64,000 nt of DNA from Candidatus Altiarchaeota archaeon (GTDB lineage Archaea; Altiarchaeota; Altiarchaeia; IMC4; SCGC-AAA252-I15). The position numbers and the translations under genes were made by a program. Within the stretch, counting starts at the first letter, position 1, and every line of letters begins with the position of its first letter. The notes beneath the pieces are model-generated. The model was not told the origin of the DNA. It saw only the letters and a list, made by a program, of their open reading frames with translations, and did not search any database. This document shows, in pieces, positions 28,825-38,342 of the stretch. Where the stretch lies: positions 226,438-290,437 of the forward strand of contig JAZDNF010000001.1 of NCBI GenBank assembly GCA_043800255.1, in the 5' to 3' direction.

Positions 28825-29888
28825 AGCAGCCTCCAGAGAACCCTTAAAAGCGTCTTCGGGTTCACGAGCATGTTAGTGTAGGCGGCGTTCGCAAGCGGGC
28901 AGTAGCACCTGCTTTCCCTCACGGTTTTCCTCATGCTCTCAGCTCGCTCAGAAAACCACAGCTTCTTGAAATCATAATCGCATTCCCTGAGGTTGCCCAC
29001 AGGATCGGCCTTGATGCAGCAGAACCAGACGTCGCCGTCAGCAGAAATCTGCGCGGAAGCTATGCCAGCATAACACGGGATTATCTGACGTTTATCCGAG
29101 AGCATCCTTTTCACGTTCTCATAATACTCCAACCTGAACGCCTGGGTAATCCTCGAAGTTCCCCCATAGTCTTTCATCCTCGTCCTGCTGGTGATATAGC
29201 CTATGGCCTTGGAGTAGTCCTCCTGGGAGGGAGTCACTCCGCTCCCGACGTTGTCCAGTTCGACGCGCTCCTCTGCAATCTCCGTGATGTAGGAGTCGGG
29301 CTTGAGCTCGCTCATAACGTAGTCATAGATATGGGGGATATCACTGACATTGTGCCTGGAGATGACCGTGTGGATGCCGACAGAGAGGTTCCTATTCCTC
29401 AGCTTCCTGAGGCCACGGTAAGTCTCAACAGCCCTCTCAAAATTCCCCCTCACGCCCCGGATCCTATCATGTTTTTCTCCGATGCCGTCCAGCGAGAGGT
29501 TCACAATCCAGCTGGTGTTCGGCGCGGCTTCAGTGATTGCCTTAACAGTGTCTGGTATGCTACCGGCAAGCCCATTCGTCGGTATGTTCACGATGGAAGG
29601 CATGCATCTCCTGTAAAGGGATGTACATATATCCTCTAATTCCTCTCTCAGGAACGGCTCCCCGCCGCTCAACGTGACCCAGTACGGTTTTCCAATAGTT
29701 GAGAATATCCCCCCAAGCTCTTCGAGCGTCAGTTCATTGCCGGCCTCTCTGCCGGTGATATCGCAAGTGAGACACCTGGAATTGCACCTGAACGTCAGGC
29801 TAATCGTATAGTTCACAGGCAGGACATTCGGCCATCCCAGATAATACGTAGACCAGTACGATGGAATTTTTGATAATAACTTTATCAT
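28821..29888 (-). CDS. radical SAM protein with SPASM/twitch domain
   Basis: CNSRCLTC (CxxxCxxC), SGGEPFLR, SLDG and C-terminal CYAG...DGDVWFCC...GNL. Confidence 0.92.
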   Translation of the reverse strand: MIKLLSKIPSYWSTYYLGWPNVLPVNYTISLTFRCNSRCLTCDITGREAGNELTLEELGGIFSTIGKPYWVTLSGGEPFLREELEDICTSLYRRCMPSIVNIPTNGLAGSIPDTVKAITEAAPNTSWIVNLSLDGIGEKHDRIRGVRGNFERAVETYRGLRKLRNRNLSVGIHTVISRHNVSDIPHIYDYVMSELKPDSYITEIAEERVELDNVGSGVTPSQEDYSKAIGYITSRTRMKDYGGTSRITQAFRLEYYENVKRMLSDKRQIIPCYAGIASAQISADGDVWFCCIKADPVGNLRECDYDFKKLWFSERAESMRKTVRESRCYCPLANAAYTNMLVNPKTLLRVLWRLL

Positions 29889-30763
29889 CCTAGCTTCTTC
29901 GTTGACTCGGAAGTCTCCCAGTTGTAGGGATTCCTCTTCAACACATAATAATCTATGTTAGCCCCCAACCTTATGTACGCCTCTAGGATAACGGCCATGA
30001 ACGTCCATACAAACCTCTTCGGGCGGAATGAAATGGTCTCCAGCAAAGCTGAAAGCACCTGAATCTTGTCCATTGTGATAGGATAATAGTCCTTAGACTC
30101 CTTGGTGTGGAGGTAACCTACCATAATCCTCTTCCTCTGCCTTATCAGGTCTGCCACCGTCTCTGGACCATGGTTAACGACGACAGCATCAGGTACGTAC
30201 ACTACCAGATAACCTCTCTTCTTTATCAGGGCCTCGATCTGGAGGTCATCGACGGCGGTGTCCACATCAATCCTTTCAACAAGAGGCTTCATGGCAAGCA
30301 TCTCATTAGCTTTGGGCATCCTCAGTTGGAGTCTGTGATGCAGCTCCCAGACGAGCCTTACAGTGTAGCCCATGAACGAATCCGGGTTGTTGTCGGGAAC
30401 GGGCCTTCCGGTGGTAAGGCCCACCGCAGGATTCTCGAAAGGCTCGCACAAGAACCTGAAGGCGGTATCAGAAGGTATCAGGTCAGCGCTCAATAAAATG
30501 AACAGGTCGCCCCGCGCCTCCCTTAGAAAAAGGTTGATTGCCGAGGCCTTGCCCTCCTTCTTTTTCTGGATCAGAAGCCTTATCCTACCGTCTTTTTTTG
30601 CGTACTCCCCCACTATACTCTCCGTCCTGTCGGTGCTGCCGGAGGATATGACAAGTATTTCAGAAATTCTGTCCCTTCCCACTTTCTGCTTCAGGACGGC
30701 GTCCAAAAGCCTCGCGATGTTCCGCTCCTCATTGTAGGCGCAGACTCCCACAGAGACGTCCAT
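29885..30763 (-). CDS. GT2 family glycosyltransferase
   Basis: AYNEERNI, SGSTDRT, GKA.A.N, VDD and RQRKR motifs. Confidence 0.9.
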   Translation of the reverse strand: MDVSVGVCAYNEERNIARLLDAVLKQKVGRDRISEILVISSGSTDRTESIVGEYAKKDGRIRLLIQKKKEGKASAINLFLREARGDLFILLSADLIPSDTAFRFLCEPFENPAVGLTTGRPVPDNNPDSFMGYTVRLVWELHHRLQLRMPKANEMLAMKPLVERIDVDTAVDDLQIEALIKKRGYLVVYVPDAVVVNHGPETVADLIRQRKRIMVGYLHTKESKDYYPITMDKIQVLSALLETISFRPKRFVWTFMAVILEAYIRLGANIDYYVLKRNPYNWETSESTKKLG

Positions 30764-30811
30764 GGTATATATAATACTGTTTTGTAAAATAACAACATCT
30801 ACCAGCAGAAC

Positions 30812-32197
30812 ATGGAGGTTTCTATACTTGGGGGAGGTATTGCCGGCCTGAGCGCAGGATGGGCGCTCTCAGACAAAAACGTCTCAGTTACCGTAATCGA
30901 AAAAGAGAAGACCCTAGGCGGCCTGGCGAGGAGCTTCACACGCAACGGCTACACGTATGATCTGGGAGGCCACAGATTCTTCACGCAAAACGAGAACCTC
31001 ATCAGCACGCTGAAAGAGCTACTGGGCGAAAACATCTGCGTCATGCCGAGAAAGAGCGCAATATACCTGAAGAACAGGTTCTTCGGATATCCTCCGCAGA
31101 TGAAAGAGGTGCTGTCAAAGATGCCGCCCCACCTTTCGGCGAAGATAGTGCTCTCCTACCTTAAGGCGGCAGTCTCCAGCAGAATAAGGCCGAAGGCAGA
31201 CAAATCATTCGAAGACTGGATTGTCAACCGATTCGGGAGATCCATGTACGACTTCTACTTCGGACCATACACTGAAAAAGTCTGGGGGACTTCCCCAAGT
31301 GAAATTTCAGCCGACTGGGCAGCACAGAGAATAACTGTGGTCAGCCTGCTGGATGCTGTGAAAAACACGCTCTCAAATGTTGAAGACGGCCCCAGAACAT
31401 ATGCGCGAGAATTTTATTACCCAGAGAGAGGCGGCATCGCAAGCATATCGAACGCGCTCGCAGACAGGATCAGAGAAAAAAGCGGGAAAATAAGAACAGA
31501 CTGCAGTGTGACTGAAGTCCATGTCAGCGGTGACAGGGTTGACAGTATAGTCTGCAATGGCGGGGAGGATGAACTCCAGCCAGACTACGTCGTAAATTCC
31601 ATCCCGCTAACCAGCTTAATACGGGCAATCAGGCCCGAAGTCCCGGACAGTGTTGCTGAGGCAGCATCAAGACTGAAATACCGGTCATGCGTTTTCGTCT
31701 ACATCAGCCTGGACAAGCCGGAAATAAGCGACAACACGTGGCTATACCTGCCAGAGCGTAACATCCTCGCGAACAGGATAAACGAGACTAACAAGTTCTC
31801 AAGATACAACGCGCCGGAGGGCAAATCACTGTTGAACGTCGACCTGACCTGCAACAAAGACGACCTGTTATGGGATACGCCAGATGACCGGCTGATAGGA
31901 CGTTGCATCTCAGATTTCGAACGCATCGGACTGCTAACAGAAGACGACGTTGACAGCGCCTGGGTTGAGAGAGAAGAGCACTGTTACCCCCTATACACGC
32001 TCGACTACAGGAAGAACCTTGACGTGGTTCTGGACTATCTTGGGGGTATCAGGAACCTGAGCACAATCGGGAGGAACGGCCTCTTCAGGTACAATAACAT
32101 GGACCACTCGCTTGAGATGGGGCTGACGGCAGGCCAGAACATAGCCTCCACGGGGGAGAGTCATATAAAATACGAGAGCGTATTTAATGCGGTCTAA
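30812..32197 (+). CDS. FAD-dependent oxidoreductase (UDP-galactopyranose mutase/HemY-like)
   Basis: GGGIAGL, DLGGHRFFT, PYTEKVWG, WAAQRI and GRNGLFRYNNMDHS motifs. Confidence 0.88.
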   Translation: MEVSILGGGIAGLSAGWALSDKNVSVTVIEKEKTLGGLARSFTRNGYTYDLGGHRFFTQNENLISTLKELLGENICVMPRKSAIYLKNRFFGYPPQMKEVLSKMPPHLSAKIVLSYLKAAVSSRIRPKADKSFEDWIVNRFGRSMYDFYFGPYTEKVWGTSPSEISADWAAQRITVVSLLDAVKNTLSNVEDGPRTYAREFYYPERGGIASISNALADRIREKSGKIRTDCSVTEVHVSGDRVDSIVCNGGEDELQPDYVVNSIPLTSLIRAIRPEVPDSVAEAASRLKYRSCVFVYISLDKPEISDNTWLYLPERNILANRINETNKFSRYNAPEGKSLLNVDLTCNKDDLLWDTPDDRLIGRCISDFERIGLLTEDDVDSAWVEREEHCYPLYTLDYRKNLDVVLDYLGGIRNLSTIGRNGLFRYNNMDHSLEMGLTAGQNIASTGESHIKYESVFNAV

Positions 32198-32573
32198 TAA
32201 AATAACTACAATGGCGACTTCTAGAGGTGCTATGCTTCTGGTCCTGTTCAGCACGTTTTTCACAGCATTCGGCCAGATATTCTACAAGAAGGCGTCGATG
32301 AGGCTGGATGCGAGCATCGCACACCAGCTTGCGAACTATCCGCTCTTCGCAGGAGTCATACTCTATGCTATGGGAGCTGTGATGCTGCTCATAGCGCTGA
32401 AGTACGGTGAGCTTTCAGTGCTCTATCCAATATACGCGATGAACTTCATATGGGTTTCGATACTCTCGCCCAGGTTCTTTCCGACAGACTCTATGAACGC
32501 TTTCAAATGGATTGGAGTGCTGTCCGTGGTGGTCGGCGTATCGCTGATAGGGAGGGGAAGCAGACAACATTAA
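32187..32573 (+). CDS. small EamA/DMT membrane protein (ArnE/ArnF-like flippase subunit)
   Basis: 4 TM helices and ALKYGELSVLYP. Confidence 0.8.
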   Translation: MRSNKITTMATSRGAMLLVLFSTFFTAFGQIFYKKASMRLDASIAHQLANYPLFAGVILYAMGAVMLLIALKYGELSVLYPIYAMNFIWVSILSPRFFPTDSMNAFKWIGVLSVVVGVSLIGRGSRQH

Positions 32574-32574
32574 A

Positions 32575-32922
32575 ATGAAGGCGCAGCTGACAAGCATCCT
32601 GATGGTATTGTTCGCGACCGTTCTCGGAGCGTTGGGGTCATTGTACCTCAAGCTTGGCTCAGGGAGGCTCACATTAAATCTGAAGGTATTATATAACCGA
32701 GAGATATGGTATGGCGTTATCCTCTACGCCGTCTCATCGGTGATATTCATAATAGCCTTGAGGGGCGGTGAGCTTTCAGTCCTGTACCCTTTCGTCGCCT
32801 CAAGCTACATCTGGGTGTGCCTGCTGTCGGTCAAAGTCCTGAAGGAGAGGATGAACGTCCAAAAGTGGGCTGGGATAGCGTTCATAGTGCTGGGGGTGAG
32901 CCTCATAGGCTTGGGGAGCTGA
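32575..32922 (+). CDS. small EamA/DMT membrane protein (ArnE/ArnF-like flippase subunit)
   Basis: 4 TM helices and ALRGGELSVLYP...LKE. Paralog of the previous gene. Confidence 0.8.
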   Translation: MKAQLTSILMVLFATVLGALGSLYLKLGSGRLTLNLKVLYNREIWYGVILYAVSSVIFIIALRGGELSVLYPFVASSYIWVCLLSVKVLKERMNVQKWAGIAFIVLGVSLIGLGS

Positions 32923-32923
32923 G

Positions 32924-34339
32924 ATGAGAGTCGCAGTACTGGGCGCCGGCCTGTCAGGTCTGACAGTCGCCAAGAGGCTCGCCGAGAGCGGGATGGACGT
33001 TGAAGTCTTCGAAATACAGAATCAGGCGGGAGGTCTCGCGAAGACCCTCAGGCACGGCGGCTTCACCGTTGACCTCGGGCCCCACAGGTTCCACAGCAAG
33101 GACAAGAAGCTGGTGGAGCTGGTGGGGGAGTGGATCAACGGCAACTGGCAGGTCCTCGAGAGGAGGTCGAGAATATACATGGCGGGCAGGTTTTTTGATT
33201 ACCCCCTGCGGGTGTCGAATGCGATACTGACGATGCCTCCAGTCACTTCGCTGCAGATTATGGCAGACTACCTGAAGTCTGCTGTCACAAGGCGCATTCT
33301 ACCACAGGCAGACGTCTCCTTTGAGGACTGGGTCGTAAACCGATTCGGGAGGAAACTCTATGAGATCTACTTCAAACCCTACAATGAGAAGCTCTGGAGG
33401 ATACCCCCCAACAGGATGTCGGCAGACTGGGCGTCGCAGAGGATAAGCCTCCTGAACCTGTGGGACACGATAGTGAAGACTGTATTCAAAGGGGGGGATG
33501 AGCCGAGAACCTATGTGTCAAAGTTCAACTACCCTGTCTCCGGCGGAATCGGCAGCATCTCCGCAGCCCTGAAGGAGAGCGTCGAGAAAAGCGGCGGGAA
33601 AGTATACTTGGATGCAAATGTGAAATCAATAGAGCGCAACAAGGAGGAGGATGCTGTGACCGGCATCACCTATCAATACGAAGGCCGGGAACATAGCGCC
33701 AAATACGACCTGATAGTGTCGAGCATCCCCGTAACTTCCCTCATAAGGCTGCTGAGCCCGAAACCCCCCGAGTGGATACTAAAAAAGAACAACAAGCTGA
33801 AGTTCAAGGCGCTAATCTTCTACTACGTTGTCGTGGGCGGCAAGACCATATCAGACGACCACTGGGTCTACATACCCCAGAAGAACCTCATATTCAACAG
33901 GATATCGGAGCCGAGGAACTTCAGCAGAAACAACGTCCCAGCGGAGAGGAACATCGTCTGCGCGGAGATAAGCTGCGACGTAGGCGACGACATATGGCAC
34001 ATGCCGGAGGAGAAGATGAGAGAATCCGTTGTGGCAGGCCTCGAGGAGCTAGGCTTCATGAAGGCGGATGAAGTGCTGGAATGCTTCTCCCACAGGGAGC
34101 CGCACGCATACCCAGTATACGACCTCGGGTATAAGATAAATCTGAACCATCTGAAGAAGTACCTCTCAGGCTACGGCAACCTCATATCGCTGGGGAGGAA
34201 CGGTCTCTTCACCTACGACAACATGGACCACTCGGTGATAATGGGCCTGAAGGCAGCCGACGCCGTCATAGGCTCTGACTTCCGGGAGGCTAAAAAGGTT
34301 GTCGAGGAGATAGCGAGAGATGAGGAGTACTTCGGCTGA
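32924..34339 (+). CDS. FAD-dependent oxidoreductase, paralog of 30812..32197
   Basis: GAGLSGL, DLGPHRF, WASQRI and GRNGLFTYDNMDHS motifs. Confidence 0.88.
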   Translation: MRVAVLGAGLSGLTVAKRLAESGMDVEVFEIQNQAGGLAKTLRHGGFTVDLGPHRFHSKDKKLVELVGEWINGNWQVLERRSRIYMAGRFFDYPLRVSNAILTMPPVTSLQIMADYLKSAVTRRILPQADVSFEDWVVNRFGRKLYEIYFKPYNEKLWRIPPNRMSADWASQRISLLNLWDTIVKTVFKGGDEPRTYVSKFNYPVSGGIGSISAALKESVEKSGGKVYLDANVKSIERNKEEDAVTGITYQYEGREHSAKYDLIVSSIPVTSLIRLLSPKPPEWILKKNNKLKFKALIFYYVVVGGKTISDDHWVYIPQKNLIFNRISEPRNFSRNNVPAERNIVCAEISCDVGDDIWHMPEEKMRESVVAGLEELGFMKADEVLECFSHREPHAYPVYDLGYKINLNHLKKYLSGYGNLISLGRNGLFTYDNMDHSVIMGLKAADAVIGSDFREAKKVVEEIARDEEYFG

Positions 34340-34346
34340 CGCGAAG

Positions 34347-35501
34347 ATGGAAAGAAAGCATATCGTTGCACTGCTCCTGCTGCTGTGTCTAGTGGTACGT
34401 CTTGCGTACATCATTCTGGCAGGAGATGAGATATTCCCGCCGGACGGTCTCCTCTACGACGAGCTGGCAAGGAACGTCCTGGAAGGGAAAGGCTTCACCT
34501 ACCAGGGTTTCAAGGCGTTCAGGGCGCCAGGTTATCCCCTGTTCTTAGCCTTACTGTACGTTTTCAGCAGCTCCCTGTTTTTCGTCCGGGTTGCGGGAGT
34601 CCTGATGAGCACGTTCACGGCATACCTGGTGTACCTTACGGCGAAGGAGGCGTTCCATAATGAGCGAGTCTCCCAGCTTTCGCTCCTCTTCTTCTCGCTG
34701 TATCCCTACTCGATATACTACACTGCGGCGGTCTCGACGGAGACGCTCTATAGTCTACTGTTCATGGCCCTCATGTATCAGCTTCTCAGGATGTCTGACA
34801 CGAGAGAGTATATGCTGGCTGGCGTCATAGCAGCCGTCGCCATACTGGTCAAACCTTACACGCTCGCTTTCATGGTGCCTGCATGGCTGTGGACGCTCAT
34901 GTCAAAGAAGAAGCCGCTAAAGTGCATCGCATTCTCGGCTGTGGCGATGATTCTGATACTGTCGCCGTGGATTGTGAGAAACTATCTCATATTCGACAAG
35001 CTCGTGTTCATCTCAACAAACGGGGGAGTCAACCTTTGGATGGGCAACAGCCCCTCCTCAGAGGAGGCAGTCGTCGGAGAATACCTTCACGAGCACAGGA
35101 GAGGCATAGCTAACATGTCAGAGCCTGAGCTGGACTCCTACTACAGGGCAAAAGCCATCAGCTTCATCAGAGAGAACCCTCGTTTCACCTTAGAGAGGTG
35201 CGTGTCGAAGCTCTTCAGGACGTGGAGAGTCTATCCTGAGGGAAGCATGACCGAGAAGCTCGTCAGCCTGCTGACGTTCGGGTTAAGCATGCCGTTCGCA
35301 GCCTATGCCGCCCTCAGCTCAAGAAAGGAATGGAAGCATGTGCTCCTGTTCGTGATAGCGTTCGCCACCATACCTTTGAGCGGCGTCCTCTTCGTCCCCC
35401 TGGTAAGGTACAGGAATCCCATAGATCCGCTAGTTCTGATACTGGCTGCGCAGGGCCTATGGCTTCTTCTTGCAGAGATAAACCTTGTGCAGAAAGAATA
35501 A
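34347..35501 (+). CDS. ArnT/PMT-like (GT-C) membrane glycosyltransferase
   Basis: D..Y..LA.N, RAPGYPLFLA, PWIVRNY and STNGG.NLW.GN motifs. Multi-TM. Confidence 0.85.
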   Translation: MERKHIVALLLLLCLVVRLAYIILAGDEIFPPDGLLYDELARNVLEGKGFTYQGFKAFRAPGYPLFLALLYVFSSSLFFVRVAGVLMSTFTAYLVYLTAKEAFHNERVSQLSLLFFSLYPYSIYYTAAVSTETLYSLLFMALMYQLLRMSDTREYMLAGVIAAVAILVKPYTLAFMVPAWLWTLMSKKKPLKCIAFSAVAMILILSPWIVRNYLIFDKLVFISTNGGVNLWMGNSPSSEEAVVGEYLHEHRRGIANMSEPELDSYYRAKAISFIRENPRFTLERCVSKLFRTWRVYPEGSMTEKLVSLLTFGLSMPFAAYAALSSRKEWKHVLLFVIAFATIPLSGVLFVPLVRYRNPIDPLVLILAAQGLWLLLAEINLVQKE

Positions 35502-36032
35502 GGTGTTAGCTGTCCTCTCGATTCTGAACATCTTTGACATCTCATCTTCAACCTGCATCAGGGTGTTAATGTCAGGATGCTTGTTCCACCTTAGGGAGAT
35601 TATCTTACCCAAAGTCAGAATGTGTTCTCTTGGCAGTGTCACTACCAGGGTTCCATCCTCCTTCAGAACCCGGTTGAACTCTGAAAACGTCTTCTTAAGG
35701 TCCAGGACGTGCTCCAGGACCTCAGAGCATATGAGGCTGTCAAAAGCTCCGTCCTTGAAGCTCAGGCCTTCAGTCTCGCACATCGAAAACAAAATCCCAA
35801 ACCTGTTTTTCCCGATTTTCAGTTTCTTGAGGTCGACGTCGCATCCGACCTTAATCCTGCAGTCAACCCTGCTGAGGACATAACCTTCACCGGAGCCGGC
35901 GTCGAGCACCACCTCGCCCCGCACAAATTCTCTTACCTTCTTTATCTTGTCGTCGAATATCGCCCTGATGACTGGATTCCATGTCTCATACAGGTTATCA
36001 TCCAGCTTAGTGTACTGGTACTCTTTTGTCAT
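35457..36032 (-). CDS. class I SAM-dependent methyltransferase
   Basis: VLDAGSGEG, CSEVLEHV and RVLKEDG motifs. Confidence 0.85.
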   Translation of the reverse strand: MTKEYQYTKLDDNLYETWNPVIRAIFDDKIKKVREFVRGEVVLDAGSGEGYVLSRVDCRIKVGCDVDLKKLKIGKNRFGILFSMCETEGLSFKDGAFDSLICSEVLEHVLDLKKTFSEFNRVLKEDGTLVVTLPREHILTLGKIISLRWNKHPDINTLMQVEDEMSKMFRIERTANTLFFLHKVYLCKKKP

Positions 36033-36934
36033 CTTCTGAGCCTTTCCATCACCTGAGCCCACTTCTTGTTTATGAGGTCAGATATGAGGCCGAGCATCAG
36101 AACCTGAAGCCCCACTATTATGAGTAGGCTGGAGAGTATGGCGGTGGGGAACCTCCTTATCGCTCCTGTTTCTATCCACTCGACAAGCGGTATCATGCCT
36201 AGGAGAAAGCCGGCCATCAGGAAGAACAGCGCGATGACGGAGAAAAACAGCATCGGCCTGTAGTCCCTGAAGAGGGTGAGGATGGTATAGAAGATGAGGT
36301 AGCCGTCGCTGAATGATTTCAGCTTCGACTCCGAGCCCTCATGCCTGCTCCGGTACTCGACTGGAATCTCCTCTATCGCGTAACCGCTCGCGAGCGCCCT
36401 GATTGTGAGCTCGGTCTCCACCTCAAAGCCCGACGAGGTTAGCATGATGTTCTTCACCAGCGCCCTGGTCATGACCCTGTAGCCTGAGAGTATGTCCTCG
36501 AGGTTCTTGCCGAAGCAGAAGTTCACGATACCTGTTATGATCCTGTTGCCGATTATGTGCAGGAACTTGAGGGAGCCGCTGGCTCTCTTATCCAGCCTCG
36601 AGCCGACCGTCATGTCAGCCTCACCGCTTAGGACAGGCTGCATGAGCTTTTTGACATCCTCTGCGGGGTAGGTGTCGTCTGCGTCAGCCATCACATAAAC
36701 GTCGGAATCAACATCCTCGAACGCCTTCCTCACGGAATTCCCCTTACCCCTCATATACTGGATTACGACCTTCGCACCCGCCCTTTCAGCCTCCTCCTTT
36801 GTTCTGTCCACTGAGTTGTTGTCGTACACTATTATGTCCGCCTCTGGCAGCGCTCTCATGAAGTCCTTCACGACCTTGGAGATGGTCTTCTCCTCGTTCA
36901 AAGCTGGAATGATTACCGTAACCTTAAGGGCCAT
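36029..36934 (-). CDS. GT2 polyprenol-phosphate glycosyltransferase (DPM1/AglJ-like, 2 C-terminal TM)
   Basis: IPALNEE, DADDTY, GSR, SGYR and FEVETE motifs. Confidence 0.9.
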   Translation of the reverse strand: MALKVTVIIPALNEEKTISKVVKDFMRALPEADIIVYDNNSVDRTKEEAERAGAKVVIQYMRGKGNSVRKAFEDVDSDVYVMADADDTYPAEDVKKLMQPVLSGEADMTVGSRLDKRASGSLKFLHIIGNRIITGIVNFCFGKNLEDILSGYRVMTRALVKNIMLTSSGFEVETELTIRALASGYAIEEIPVEYRSRHEGSESKLKSFSDGYLIFYTILTLFRDYRPMLFFSVIALFFLMAGFLLGMIPLVEWIETGAIRRFPTAILSSLLIIVGLQVLMLGLISDLINKKWAQVMERLRR

Positions 36935-36950
36935 GCTAATTATTGAGACG

Positions 36951-38291
36951 CTAAATACTAAAACCTGCTTTCAATATGCGGACGGTCTGCCCTCCGCCGT
37001 ACGTCATCCTCTGTATCAATGCGGGCCTCACGTACTCAAAGGTTCTGACAGATGTCATATTCTCTGTACCTGGTACCCTGCTCTCGAAGCCTGCCTTCAC
37101 AGGAACATAGACTTCGACGATGAAATCGGCCTGGCCTATGTCGTCAACCACCGTGAAATCCCGGTGCCTCAGGTGATATGATATGGCGTCAGAGTTCGTG
37201 TAAACACTCGAACCTCTCCCGATGTTCGAGCTTATCCAGTATACTGCGTCCTCCGTAGGCTGCTCCAAGCCCAGGAAGAAATAGCCGACAGCGTACCCTC
37301 CAATGTAACCCGATAGTATAATGATTGCCATCAGGTGTTTCCTGTACCTATCGAGCATCTTCGGCAGGTATCCCACCGTATAGTAGGCGAAAGTCGGCAG
37401 CAGGGCCATGAAGTACCGTATGTTCGTCAGCGGCCACGTCACTATCAACACCAAGGATATCATGAAGTAGACCAAAAGTATGATGTCCAAGTCGCCGAGC
37501 TTATTCCTGTAAGATTTCAGGAACCCCTTCGCCGTAGCATACGCTCCGATGATGCCCAGCAGCTGCAGGCCCAGTAGAAAGTGAACGACCCTGAAGAACA
37601 CTCTCATATAGTCTTTTCCTGGCGTGACGGCTGCCGTATCGAAGAGGAAGAAAATCCACTTCCTAAGCAGCTCAGACGGAATCAACATCCCGTAGAGTGC
37701 GGGCAGCAGCGCGAATGAGAATGAGAATACCATAGCCCTCTTGAAGTCCCTCCTGACGAGCATGGCGAAAACTATGGCGGCGAACATTGCAAGAACTGTC
37801 TCGCGCGCCAGAAAACCCAAACCTAGAACGAGCCCGGAAGCTGACAGGATGAAAAAATCATCTTTCGAACTCAGATAAAGGTACAAGCCGAGCAGGGAAT
37901 AGAAGAGGCCGATAGGGCCTATCAGCATCGTCGGGCTCACATACACCAGAGCAGGACCGCTTGAAAAAAGCAGGGCGCCCCACACCGAGTCCTCACTGCC
38001 ATATCTTGTCCTGAGTATGCAGTACATCAGGTAGACGCTTCCGGTCGAGACCAGTATGAGGTAAAGCCTGATGAGCGGGATATTGTAGTCGAAGAGCCAC
38101 TCCATCAGCGCGAGGGCGGAGAAGTGGACTATCCTGTGGGTCTTGACCTGGGGAAGCTCTCCCCTGAGCAGTCCCTCGCTCAGCACCAGGTACTCGGCGT
38201 CGTCGTTGCTTACCTTCTCCCCGTAATACAAGCCTAAAATGCAGTAGACTATGAACGGGACCAATATTACCGTGAGCTTCTGAGTGTCCAT
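36951..38291 (-). CDS. GT-C (GT39-like) membrane glycosyltransferase
   Basis: NDDAEY acidic first loop, many TM helices and RYFMALLP. Confidence 0.7.
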   Translation of the reverse strand: MDTQKLTVILVPFIVYCILGLYYGEKVSNDDAEYLVLSEGLLRGELPQVKTHRIVHFSALALMEWLFDYNIPLIRLYLILVSTGSVYLMYCILRTRYGSEDSVWGALLFSSGPALVYVSPTMLIGPIGLFYSLLGLYLYLSSKDDFFILSASGLVLGLGFLARETVLAMFAAIVFAMLVRRDFKRAMVFSFSFALLPALYGMLIPSELLRKWIFFLFDTAAVTPGKDYMRVFFRVVHFLLGLQLLGIIGAYATAKGFLKSYRNKLGDLDIILLVYFMISLVLIVTWPLTNIRYFMALLPTFAYYTVGYLPKMLDRYRKHLMAIIILSGYIGGYAVGYFFLGLEQPTEDAVYWISSNIGRGSSVYTNSDAISYHLRHRDFTVVDDIGQADFIVEVYVPVKAGFESRVPGTENMTSVRTFEYVRPALIQRMTYGGGQTVRILKAGFSI

Positions 38292-38342
38292 CTCAATTGA
38301 AGACAAAATTGTGTTTTGATGGTTAAAAACCGTATAACGCCG

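Noticed and set aside
35457-35501. 45-bp convergent overlap of GT-C and methyltransferase genes
   Set aside because: Ordinary tail-to-tail overlap in a compact genome.
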